From positions 1 through 64,000 of the IMG/VR virus record IMGVR_UViG_3300033186_000013: a DNA stretch of 64,000 nt. One strand, written 5' to 3'. A model generated the notes under the pieces. That model did no database searches and was not told where the DNA came from. It worked only from the letters and a program-made list of their open reading frames with translations. The translations under genes and the position numbers were made by a program. This DNA is from a virus. This document shows, piece after piece, positions 54,151-61,904 of this stretch. Positions within the stretch are counted from its first letter, which is position 1. Each line of letters begins with the position of its first letter.

Positions 54151-54555
54151 ATGAAAGAAATCGTATCTAAAAAGAAAGTGGTTACTAACCCAAGAACAGG
54201 CGAAGAAAATATCGTTTGCTTCAAAAACATTACTGTTTCACAAAACACATCAAATGACGTTCTCAATGTTCGTATGGATGTTTATAAAGAAGTGGAGCAT
54301 CAGCACATCGTAGTAGCAGGTGGAGAAGAACACACCCAAACAACGAAAACGCTAATTAAAATCGAAACCATTAGCGACAAGTATTCTAAAGAAATATCTA
54401 ATCCGCTAATTGCATCAAAGACTATCCCATCGGAACTTGATGGAGACGACTTTGAAACGAGAAGATTCCTTTATGTTAGTATAGCAAAGGACATCATTGT
54501 AAATGATAGTGATAACTATTTCAAACTAAAAGACGCAGATTTAGAAATCAGATAG
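54151..54555 (+). CDS. hypothetical protein
   Basis: 134-aa ORF. No motif recognised. Confidence 0.5.
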   Translation: MKEIVSKKKVVTNPRTGEENIVCFKNITVSQNTSNDVLNVRMDVYKEVEHQHIVVAGGEEHTQTTKTLIKIETISDKYSKEISNPLIASKTIPSELDGDDFETRRFLYVSIAKDIIVNDSDNYFKLKDADLEIR

Positions 54556-54557
54556 TT

Positions 54558-54785
54558 ATGGCTTTCAAGAAAGTAGAAAACGATTTGTACATAGGTACTA
54601 AAGCAGACCTTCCTCACGATTTTTCAGATGGTGAGAGAGTGTTTTTCACGGACACCGAAGATTATTGCAAGTGCGATGGTAAGGGTAATTTTGAGCATTT
54701 ACCTAAAGAACCTTACCGCACCAAGTTAGGAAACATTGTTTTCCTTGTACCTAAACACATCTTAAAACATTTAAGTAAACAATAA
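54558..54785 (+). CDS. small fibre-region protein
   Basis: YIGTKADLPHDFSDGERVFFTDTEDY resembles the N-terminus of ORF 51686 (WVGLESELPANRPSGSRFLAENS). Confidence 0.45.
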   Translation: MAFKKVENDLYIGTKADLPHDFSDGERVFFTDTEDYCKCDGKGNFEHLPKEPYRTKLGNIVFLVPKHILKHLSKQ

Positions 54786-54964
54786 TGGGAGCAGGGTTTA
54801 ATACAAAAAAAGTTGTCGATGCAATAGATATTCATTCAGGAATCAGAGAGATACTTGATGGGGAAGTCTATGTAGTAACAGCCCGAAAGGAAATGGTAGT
54901 TTCCGAACTGTCTAATGACGGAACTCTCGTACTCGACAACGGTAAATTAACAATACTAAATTAG
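54785..54964 (+). CDS. small hypothetical protein (59 aa, not in ORF track)
   Basis: TAATG overlap. Translation starts MGAGFNTKKVVDAIDIHSGIREILDGEVYVV. It fills a 184-bp gap. Confidence 0.4.
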   Translation: MGAGFNTKKVVDAIDIHSGIREILDGEVYVVTARKEMVVSELSNDGTLVLDNGKLTILN

Positions 54965-54969
54965 AAACT

Positions 54970-55692
54970 ATGGGTTTAATTCGCACATTAAAAAAACTGG
55001 CTACCGCAATTCAAACGCCTGATGCGGGATATGCTCATTTCTTTATAGATGAGAACGGAATTCCACGCGTGAAAGATGAAGATGGAAACATCAAAGATTT
55101 TACATCGGGAATTATCGCTGTAAATGGCGTTGTTGGGAACGTAGAAATATGTAACAACGAAGGAAAGATTAAGGCTAATTGGACTGACCCCAACCTTCCT
55201 AATAGTGGTACAGGGGGCTTCACCGCAAACGTAGTCAAACAGATTCCTTTGAACAACTCATATTCGTTGAGTTCTTTTCCTGTAACCAAATACCCTAAAA
55301 AGGCTGACCCCGCTTTATTGGGCGGAAATATGATTGACCCTTCTACTGGAAGTTTAAGGGAAATTGTAGAAGGTCAGGATGCTCTTTGGAGAGTTAGGGC
55401 GCGTTACAGAAACAAAGGAGCGGGTAATAATAATGCGATAGGGCTTACGATTTACAACCCAAATCCTTCAAGTTCATTTTCAAGAACATTGTTTTTCCCG
55501 ACCCCTGACAATATCACCTCTATAACTATGGAGTTTGTTTTTCTCGCTACCGCAGACAGCATTAGTTTGAATCCTGCGTTCGGTTATAATTTTGAATCAT
55601 TTTCTACGGGTAGTGATGGAAACCTTGTTGTTGAAATACTGGATATTAAGTCAGAATACTTGGCTACCGAAATAGAAGTAAACGCTGTGTAA
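54970..55692 (+). CDS. tail fibre/receptor-binding candidate
   Basis: The N-terminus PDAGYAHFFIDENGIPRVKDEDGNIKDF resembles fibre N-terminal motifs. This is a weak call. Confidence 0.35.
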   Translation: MGLIRTLKKLATAIQTPDAGYAHFFIDENGIPRVKDEDGNIKDFTSGIIAVNGVVGNVEICNNEGKIKANWTDPNLPNSGTGGFTANVVKQIPLNNSYSLSSFPVTKYPKKADPALLGGNMIDPSTGSLREIVEGQDALWRVRARYRNKGAGNNNAIGLTIYNPNPSSSFSRTLFFPTPDNITSITMEFVFLATADSISLNPAFGYNFESFSTGSDGNLVVEILDIKSEYLATEIEVNAV

Positions 55693-55693
55693 T

Positions 55694-56365
55694 ATGAAGT
55701 TACTTGTTACTAAAGACATACTGGAAAAATTTACATCGTTCTTAAACGAACATAATGCCGTGTTTACAATTAACGATGACACCTTGTTTCTTGAAACTGA
55801 TGACCAAAGTTTTATAGACACAGTATTGTCCCACTATGAGGAACTTAATCAGGCGCACGCAAAACAACTTGACGACAACAACACTTTGAGAAAGTCTTAC
55901 TTTGAAGGAAGGGCTTACATAAGAAAAGGAAGATGGTATGGGTTGAATCCTTATTACAACAAGGAGTATTACAATATGAATTACAACTATCGTTCGTCTA
56001 ACTACCAAACATATCCAGTACACTCAAATTTCAGGTCATCGGGTCTTTTGTTAGAAGAAGATTGTATCTTATTAGGGTACGAAGTTGTTGCAACACAATC
56101 GTCAAGAAAAATAGACAACCTTCACGTATTGGTCAATACGTTAACACCTGTTGATGGCGGATTCCAAACAAACAGGGTTTTTGCTGATGAAGAAGGTTTG
56201 CTTATTGAAAAGGGATACAATGTCAATGAAACAAGAATGTTTCCCGAAGAATATGTTTTGTCCAAAGGAGACAAACTACAAATGATATTTAACAGTTCTG
56301 CAACTGATAAGAACACCGCTTATCTTATTGATTGTCAGATTAATATGATATTCAGATGGGTATAA
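55694..56365 (+). CDS. hypothetical protein
   Basis: 223-aa ORF. No motif recognised. Confidence 0.5.
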   Translation: MKLLVTKDILEKFTSFLNEHNAVFTINDDTLFLETDDQSFIDTVLSHYEELNQAHAKQLDDNNTLRKSYFEGRAYIRKGRWYGLNPYYNKEYYNMNYNYRSSNYQTYPVHSNFRSSGLLLEEDCILLGYEVVATQSSRKIDNLHVLVNTLTPVDGGFQTNRVFADEEGLLIEKGYNVNETRMFPEEYVLSKGDKLQMIFNSSATDKNTAYLIDCQINMIFRWV

Positions 56366-56946
56366 ATATAGACAACATAGATGAACTTTTAATATGGCAA
56401 ATATTAGAGGAAAAGGGATATGGTTTTATGACCGTAGAGCAGTTGATGTGCTTGGATTATTCCATCATCGGTTTATCCCCGAAGAATGTTTACGGTAAGT
56501 ATTCGGTTCTTGAAAAAGTGCAATTCAAGTACGGCGATGATATATGCGTGGAAGAAGTATATACTTATACCGAAACTGGATTTACGACGGAATTTATTTG
56601 GTATGACAACGACAAAAACGTTGGGTGTACCAAAGTAGAAGATACAGAACAGAGCCAGTTTGAAATTGATGAGCGGGAAGAAAATGACCGCAAGAGACTT
56701 ATAACCTACATCAAATCAAGCAATAATCCATTGATTAAGGCGTTTGTTGGCGACCTGTTAAAGAGGTATCAAGAGGAACTGTTTTTATTCATAAACAATG
56801 GCTCTGATGAATTAAAGACGGCTATTGAAAATGAGGATGACCCAAGTATCGTAGGGTATTTGAATTACATTCCTGACCCGACCCCAATAGAGGGGTATCC
56901 GTTAGGGATTAGTGTGAGAGAGACTATATTAGAAAATTTACCATAG
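56356..56946 (+). CDS. hypothetical protein
   Basis: 196-aa ORF. No motif recognised. Confidence 0.5.
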   Translation: MGINIDNIDELLIWQILEEKGYGFMTVEQLMCLDYSIIGLSPKNVYGKYSVLEKVQFKYGDDICVEEVYTYTETGFTTEFIWYDNDKNVGCTKVEDTEQSQFEIDEREENDRKRLITYIKSSNNPLIKAFVGDLLKRYQEELFLFINNGSDELKTAIENEDDPSIVGYLNYIPDPTPIEGYPLGISVRETILENLP

Positions 56947-56954
56947 AGATTGTT

Positions 56955-57476
56955 ATGACTATTAAAAACACATCAAAATTACTGAACAGGCTCACTAAAT
57001 TCGAGGTGATTGTAGGGAGCGTATTATTCTTTTTGCCAGTTATCCTTTGGTTGGCTACGGGTGAGATTAGACCGAGCATAAGTAATTATGCTTATTCTGA
57101 TTTGCCACATCTTTTGCCAACACTACTTACTTCTGCGGGTCTTTTATTCGCGTATAATGGAGTGGTTCATAGAGATAAGTGGTACAACATAGTTATCGGA
57201 TTTCTATTGATTGGTGTCGCATTAACACCTCACAAGGACTATCCTTTACTGCATTATTTTTTCACGGGTGCATTTTTCGTTGGAAGTGCTGCCGTTATGA
57301 TAATTTATAGTTCAACGAAACAAAGGTGGTGGAAGATAATTGCAGGGGTCGTTATGGTCTTGGCTATTGCTCTGTCATTCATTTTCAAATTATTCTCCGT
57401 ATTTTTAGCGGAGTGGATAGGGATTTTTCCTATAACAATACATTTTATTGGCGAGAGCCTAAACAAAATAGACTAA
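56955..57476 (+). CDS. polytopic membrane protein (about 6 TM)
   Basis: Six hydrophobic stretches, for example VIVGSVLFFLPVILWLA and WWKIIAGVVMVLAIALSFIF. Confidence 0.6.
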   Translation: MTIKNTSKLLNRLTKFEVIVGSVLFFLPVILWLATGEIRPSISNYAYSDLPHLLPTLLTSAGLLFAYNGVVHRDKWYNIVIGFLLIGVALTPHKDYPLLHYFFTGAFFVGSAAVMIIYSSTKQRWWKIIAGVVMVLAIALSFIFKLFSVFLAEWIGIFPITIHFIGESLNKID

Positions 57477-57478
57477 AG

Positions 57479-57907
57479 ATGGAAACATTACAACTTATAT
57501 TTGGAGACGCAACTTTCTTGGAATGGATATTTGCACTTGCATTAGCGATGCTTGGGTTTATATCTTTCAAGTTGTTCACATACACGAAGCGCACGAAGCG
57601 CACAGAATTCAACCCTTACTATTGGTGGAAGGATAACAGAGCAGAATTTTATTTGGGGCTGATACTGTTTTATGTCTTAATGAGGTTTCATTCAGACATT
57701 GCAGGATTGATTAGTGATTATTTTAATTTCCCGTTGATAACAAACCGATATTTCTTGGTATTTACAATCGGACTTCTTTTCACAGTAATATTGAAAAAAG
57801 GTCGCAGATTCTTTAGATTGAGGCAAGGTGAGTATCCCGACGGAGAGAAGCGTATCGAAATTTCTAACAGAGCAGCACACGTAGGAAGCAGACCTGATGA
57901 TAGATAG
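57479..57907 (+). CDS. holin candidate (3 TM, charged C-terminus)
   Basis: The track ORF 57326 extension overlaps the previous gene. The ATG at 57479 gives METLQLIFGDATFLEWIFALALAMLGFISF. There are three hydrophobic helices and the tail is KKGRRFFRLRQGEYPDGEKR. Confidence 0.4.
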   Translation: METLQLIFGDATFLEWIFALALAMLGFISFKLFTYTKRTKRTEFNPYYWWKDNRAEFYLGLILFYVLMRFHSDIAGLISDYFNFPLITNRYFLVFTIGLLFTVILKKGRRFFRLRQGEYPDGEKRIEISNRAAHVGSRPDDR

Positions 57908-58298
57908 AGACAAAATAATATTAGTTGGCAGTTTCTTAATTGCCTTTTTCACCTACTCTTTTTGGAGCGATGTTAAGGTGTGGACTTCACCTACTGGCGA
58001 CCCAAAGGACGGTATCTCTATTTTCTATTGGGGAATAGGATTAGCCTTTATGGGCTATACCTACGTCGCGTATAGTTTCTGCAAAAGACTATCTCGACAC
58101 GACAAACGACTAATCAAATTAGTTCCAATCGCGTATATCATTTTCTTATCTACTGTGAACAACATCATTGATGAGTTGATTTTTGACCCCACCAAAAGGC
58201 AACTTAATGAGTACATAGGTTTTATAATTATAATAGTGGTAACGTATTGGAAGCCAATAGTTGAATTTTTTAAAACGCACATTAAATGGCTACGATAA
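57897..58298 (+). CDS. polytopic membrane protein (about 4 TM)
   Basis: Hydrophobic helices include IILVGSFLIAFFTYSFW, YWGIGLAFMGYTYVAYSF and GFIIIIVVTYW. Confidence 0.55.
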   Translation: MIDRDKIILVGSFLIAFFTYSFWSDVKVWTSPTGDPKDGISIFYWGIGLAFMGYTYVAYSFCKRLSRHDKRLIKLVPIAYIIFLSTVNNIIDELIFDPTKRQLNEYIGFIIIIVVTYWKPIVEFFKTHIKWLR

Positions 58299-58567
58299 CC
58301 GACAAAGAATTTGAAAACTTCCGAGAAACTTTAGAGGAAGTTAAGATGCAGAATGCTCGCATCTTATTGATTATGGAATCAGATGACAAGACCAATCAGA
58401 AGGGACTTGTTGAAACTGTTTACCATAACGAAAAACTCCTTAGTGAACTTCTTACTCGTGAGAAGGTTTACAAGGCAAAGGCTACTACGTGGGGCGTTAT
58501 AGGTGGCGCGATTGTTAGTGGCATCATTTATTTAGGGAAATTTTTATTTGCAAAACTATTTGTATGA
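58286..58567 (+). CDS. tail-anchored membrane protein
   Basis: Helical N-terminus and a single C-terminal TM, WGVIGGAIVSGIIYLGKFLFAKLF. Confidence 0.5.
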   Translation: MATITDKEFENFRETLEEVKMQNARILLIMESDDKTNQKGLVETVYHNEKLLSELLTREKVYKAKATTWGVIGGAIVSGIIYLGKFLFAKLFV

Positions 58568-59163
58568 CAAACGTAAAACGGTACACAGACAAGCAACTTT
58601 TAAACCGCGTAGAACATATTGGCGGTAAAATACCGAATCAAGGAAAGTATCTCATCATTGGTGTTCAGAGCCAAGAAGATGAGTACAATCGTTTCGATGA
58701 TAAATTCTATGTTTTCGACGGAAACAGATTCCGTCAAGTTAGCACAGGTACTACCAATTCAGGTAGAACTGCATTGCAATTTTTCAGAGACTACAACCTT
58801 ATTGGTGCTGCTGTTTGGAAAACTGATGAGTTTTACGAGGACTTGTACAGTAGAGGATACCACAGACCTTCTCGCAAGGGCGGTGGTATGAGAGCATTAC
58901 GCCAAAGAAAGCCTGTCAAATTTTACAGAGACAGCGACCAAGATACATTTGCAGAGGAACAAGGAAAACTTTACGAAGGAATCCAGTATTTCAATATGCA
59001 CGGTGTTGATTACAACCCGTACAGAAACATCACTCGGAATGTTATCAATAGTTGGTCTTTTGGCTGCCAAGTATGGAACAGAATGGGTGATTATAAGCAG
59101 ATGATAAATGCTACTTGGAAACGAAACAAACCCGTAGATTACGCACTTTTAAAAGAATTTTGA
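58564..59163 (+). CDS. YkuD-fold (L,D-transpeptidase/carboxypeptidase-like) putative cell wall enzyme, endolysin candidate
   Basis: NMHGVDYNPYRNITRNVINSWSFGCQVWN fits the YkuD active-site pattern H-G then S-x-G-C-(I/V)-(R/W)-x-N. It sits between membrane proteins and secreted proteins. Confidence 0.4.
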   Translation: MTNVKRYTDKQLLNRVEHIGGKIPNQGKYLIIGVQSQEDEYNRFDDKFYVFDGNRFRQVSTGTTNSGRTALQFFRDYNLIGAAVWKTDEFYEDLYSRGYHRPSRKGGGMRALRQRKPVKFYRDSDQDTFAEEQGKLYEGIQYFNMHGVDYNPYRNITRNVINSWSFGCQVWNRMGDYKQMINATWKRNKPVDYALLKEF

Positions 59164-59164
59164 T

Positions 59165-59419
59165 ATGAAAAAACTTATCCTGCTTTTGCTTTTGACCTTT
59201 TCTCTGTCTGCATTTTCGCAGACCGATTCATTGCAAATTGAAAAAAAGGTGGACTTGTTCGACAAGAACAGGAACATAATTAAACTCGGTGTCAAGAAGA
59301 AAGACATTGAGAAAGAATTAAAGCACCATACGGGCGACACTATTTATATTCAAAAGAAGATAGATGGAAAGTGGTGGGAATGCAAATACGTCCGTAGGCA
59401 CAAGAAATTCCTTATTTAG
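59165..59419 (+). CDS. small secreted protein
   Basis: Signal peptide MKKLILLLLLTFSLSAFSQ. There is no lipobox Cys. Confidence 0.55.
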   Translation: MKKLILLLLLTFSLSAFSQTDSLQIEKKVDLFDKNRNIIKLGVKKKDIEKELKHHTGDTIYIQKKIDGKWWECKYVRRHKKFLI

Positions 59420-59420
59420 T

Positions 59421-59765
59421 ATGAAAACATCTAAGATTGGACTTTATGTTATCATCGCCCTTCTCGTTTCTTTGGGCGGGATGTATTTCTATTTCTCAAA
59501 CAAAATGTCCTTCTTAGAATCCGAAAACGCCGATTTAAAGGAAGAAAAGAAGAATGAGTTAAAAAGAGTAAGGGATAGTATTATAACTCGAAATGACACC
59601 CTCGTAGTTCATTCTCGAAGGGATTTCGATTCAATACTTAGGTCTAATGTTCAAATCAAATACATTCCTTATGAAAAACTTATTTATTCTAATCGCTCTC
59701 TTGACGACGCACTCGATGTTATCTCAAAATACAGATATAACGAAGGAGCAAAAAAAGAGGATTAA
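59421..59765 (+). CDS. i-spanin-like protein (N-terminal TM plus coiled coil)
   Basis: The ATG at 59421 gives MKTSKIGLYVIIALLVSLGGMYFYF followed by the charged helix SFLESENADLKEEKKNELKRV. Track start 59364 lies inside the previous gene. Confidence 0.4.
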   Translation: MKTSKIGLYVIIALLVSLGGMYFYFSNKMSFLESENADLKEEKKNELKRVRDSIITRNDTLVVHSRRDFDSILRSNVQIKYIPYEKLIYSNRSLDDALDVISKYRYNEGAKKED

Positions 59766-60204
59766 AGAAGTATTTACTCCCGAAAAAATCATCGACATTT
59801 CAAAAGGATTGTCTAATGAGCAGCGTCAGGCAATTCAAATAGATTCTCTACAAAAGATGCTCGATGAGAAAGATAAAATTATAGAGGCTTTAAAGGAAAA
59901 GCATCTTGAAACTCTTACGGAGATTGCAAAGAACAATCAAATCATAAGAGAGACAACCTCACAAGTTGACAGCATATCCGACCATCAGTTGAAAAAAGAA
60001 CGATTCCGTTGGAAGGGACTTCATCTATACGGCGGTGTTGAGATACCTGATTTTGAATTACAGACTACACAGTTCAATGCAGAACTAATGTATGAGTTTG
60101 AAAGGTTCGAGTTTGGATTGAAAGCAGCAGTACAACAATTAGAACCAAACACATCAGGACTGCAATTCACGCCACTTGTCAAACTTAGGTACAAATTCTT
60201 TTGA
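59671..60204 (+). CDS. secreted coiled-coil protein with beta-rich C-terminus ending in Phe (outer-membrane partner candidate)
   Basis: The ATG at 59671 gives the signal peptide MKNLFILIALLTTHSMLSQ. The C-terminus, GLKAAVQQLEPNTSGLQFTPLVKLRYKFF, resembles an OMP beta-signal. It overlaps ORF 59421 by 95 nt in another frame. Confidence 0.4.
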   Translation: MKNLFILIALLTTHSMLSQNTDITKEQKKRIKEVFTPEKIIDISKGLSNEQRQAIQIDSLQKMLDEKDKIIEALKEKHLETLTEIAKNNQIIRETTSQVDSISDHQLKKERFRWKGLHLYGGVEIPDFELQTTQFNAELMYEFERFEFGLKAAVQQLEPNTSGLQFTPLVKLRYKFF

Positions 60205-60232
60205 TTACCACTAAGCCTTATTCTTGTGATTA

Positions 60233-60248
60233 TTTTAAATTATTTTTG
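60233..60248 (+). promoter_or_regulatory. conserved 16-mer TTTTAAATTATTTTTG (second copy)
   Basis: Identical to 23554-23569. Its TATTTTTG box lies 20 nt upstream of ATG 60269. Confidence 0.45.
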
Positions 60249-60268
60249 GTTTAATTAATTACCGTCTT

Positions 60269-61894
60269 ATGGGAATCGAAATAAGCAAGATAGAAAAAAA
60301 GTCTCCTGTAAATTTTACAGATTACTTTATTGCCACAGAGGAATCAACTGGAAGAACAATATCAATTCAGTTGGCAAGCCTTTTCGGTCAGAAGATTGAC
60401 TTTTCTAACTTGGGTAGTTGTTTACAGTACAATGACATTGTTGCTACTGACTGTGAAACAGGAGAACAAATAACCGTAGGCGTTACAATAGAATCCATAG
60501 TTTTCGACCAAGAGAGTTTTATTTGTGATTTGATTGCACGCGTAGAAGAACTGGAAACTTGTTTTGCAGACTTCAAGGCGCGCATAACTGTTATTCAAAA
60601 CAATTTCTGTATCAACTGTTCTCCTTTTGTAGATGCAGGAAACTTTCAATTATTGACACTTCCTGTAACTCAAACCACACTTAATGCAACCGCATCCGAC
60701 CCTGACGGAAATGTTACACTTTATTCTTGGGACAAGATATACGGTGGGGCTGCTACGATAGCAAGTCCGAATTCCGCATCTACACAAATCACGGGTCTTG
60801 AATCAGGGTACTATATATTCAGAGTTACCGTAGAAGATGATAGTGGGCTTCAAGGTTTCAATACCGTAGGCATAAAGGTTAATGACCCGCCTACTGTTGT
60901 TGCGAGTGCCGACCAAACGATTGTTGCTCCATCAACAAGTGCATACATTTCTTCTAATGCTGCCGATACTGATGGCGTAATTGAATCATATCTTTGGGAA
61001 AAGATTAGTGGCGGAACGGCTAATATCACAGACCCTACTTCATCCGCTACACAGATAACAGGATTATCTTCGGGTACATATACCTTTAGGATTACTGTTA
61101 CTGATGATTGTGGCGCACAGGCTTCGGACACTACGACAATTACAGTTATATCTCCACCGATAGCAGACGCGGGAGATAATTCTACTGTAACATTTCCGCA
61201 GAATTCACAGACATTGGATGGTTCAGGAAGTTCAGATGCAGATGGCACAATAGTTTCTTATTTATGGGAAAAGATTAGCGGTGGCGCAGGAAATATTGTG
61301 AACCCTAATGTTGCAATTACTACCGTTACTGGAATTGAACAAGGTGATTATCTTTTCAAACTTACCGTTACAGATAATGACGGTCTTACCGATGAGGACT
61401 TTGTTCAGATAACAGTTGAAGGTTTCGCAGTTCCTTGTGGTCAGGCTTTACAGGCATCAGGAAATGTTGGTATATACATACTTGACATTGTTGTAACGAC
61501 GGATACGGGTATGACTGGAATCCAATATGAATCATTCTCTGTACCTGATAGATTTGTTCTTGAATATGATGGTCAGGTAGTTGCCGATTCTAAATTTGTT
61601 GGAGACGGTCTTACTGGAAACCCACCTGCCTACGCGGGTCTTTTAGGAACTCACAGTAACATACCTGTAAATGAATATCAAGGTACAGGATTTGTGCCTA
61701 CTGGCGGTACTCAAACGGTAAATGTCAATCAAAGTGATATAGCAAATGGAACGACAGAACCGACTGATGGCGGTGGAACACTATTATTTAATAAAACAAC
61801 GGCATTCCCGACAATAGTTAGACTTACTGTCTATGCTCCTGTTGGTGGTACAGCGTGGAATATCACGGGTATCTGTCCGTCAAACGCAACGTAA
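60269..61894 (+). CDS. fibre/adhesin-like protein with three PKD-like Ig repeats
   Basis: The Cys-containing N-terminal ~115 aa are shared with ORF 61905. Three ~85-aa repeats follow (DPDG, Y-x-W-x-K-I-x-G-G, STQITGL, Y-x-F-x-x-TVTD) from ~60632 to ~61425, then a distinct C-terminal domain. Confidence 0.6.
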   Translation: MGIEISKIEKKSPVNFTDYFIATEESTGRTISIQLASLFGQKIDFSNLGSCLQYNDIVATDCETGEQITVGVTIESIVFDQESFICDLIARVEELETCFADFKARITVIQNNFCINCSPFVDAGNFQLLTLPVTQTTLNATASDPDGNVTLYSWDKIYGGAATIASPNSASTQITGLESGYYIFRVTVEDDSGLQGFNTVGIKVNDPPTVVASADQTIVAPSTSAYISSNAADTDGVIESYLWEKISGGTANITDPTSSATQITGLSSGTYTFRITVTDDCGAQASDTTTITVISPPIADAGDNSTVTFPQNSQTLDGSGSSDADGTIVSYLWEKISGGAGNIVNPNVAITTVTGIEQGDYLFKLTVTDNDGLTDEDFVQITVEGFAVPCGQALQASGNVGIYILDIVVTTDTGMTGIQYESFSVPDRFVLEYDGQVVADSKFVGDGLTGNPPAYAGLLGTHSNIPVNEYQGTGFVPTGGTQTVNVNQSDIANGTTEPTDGGGTLLFNKTTAFPTIVRLTVYAPVGGTAWNITGICPSNAT

Positions 61895-61904
61895 ATATTG
61901 AGCA

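Noticed and set aside
57326-57478. The N-terminal extension of track ORF 57326..57907, and similar extensions of 59364 and 59647.
   Set aside because: The extensions overlap the preceding genes by 55-150 nt in another frame. Internal ATGs at 57479, 59421 and 59671 start right after the upstream stops, or give clean TM or signal-peptide N-termini.
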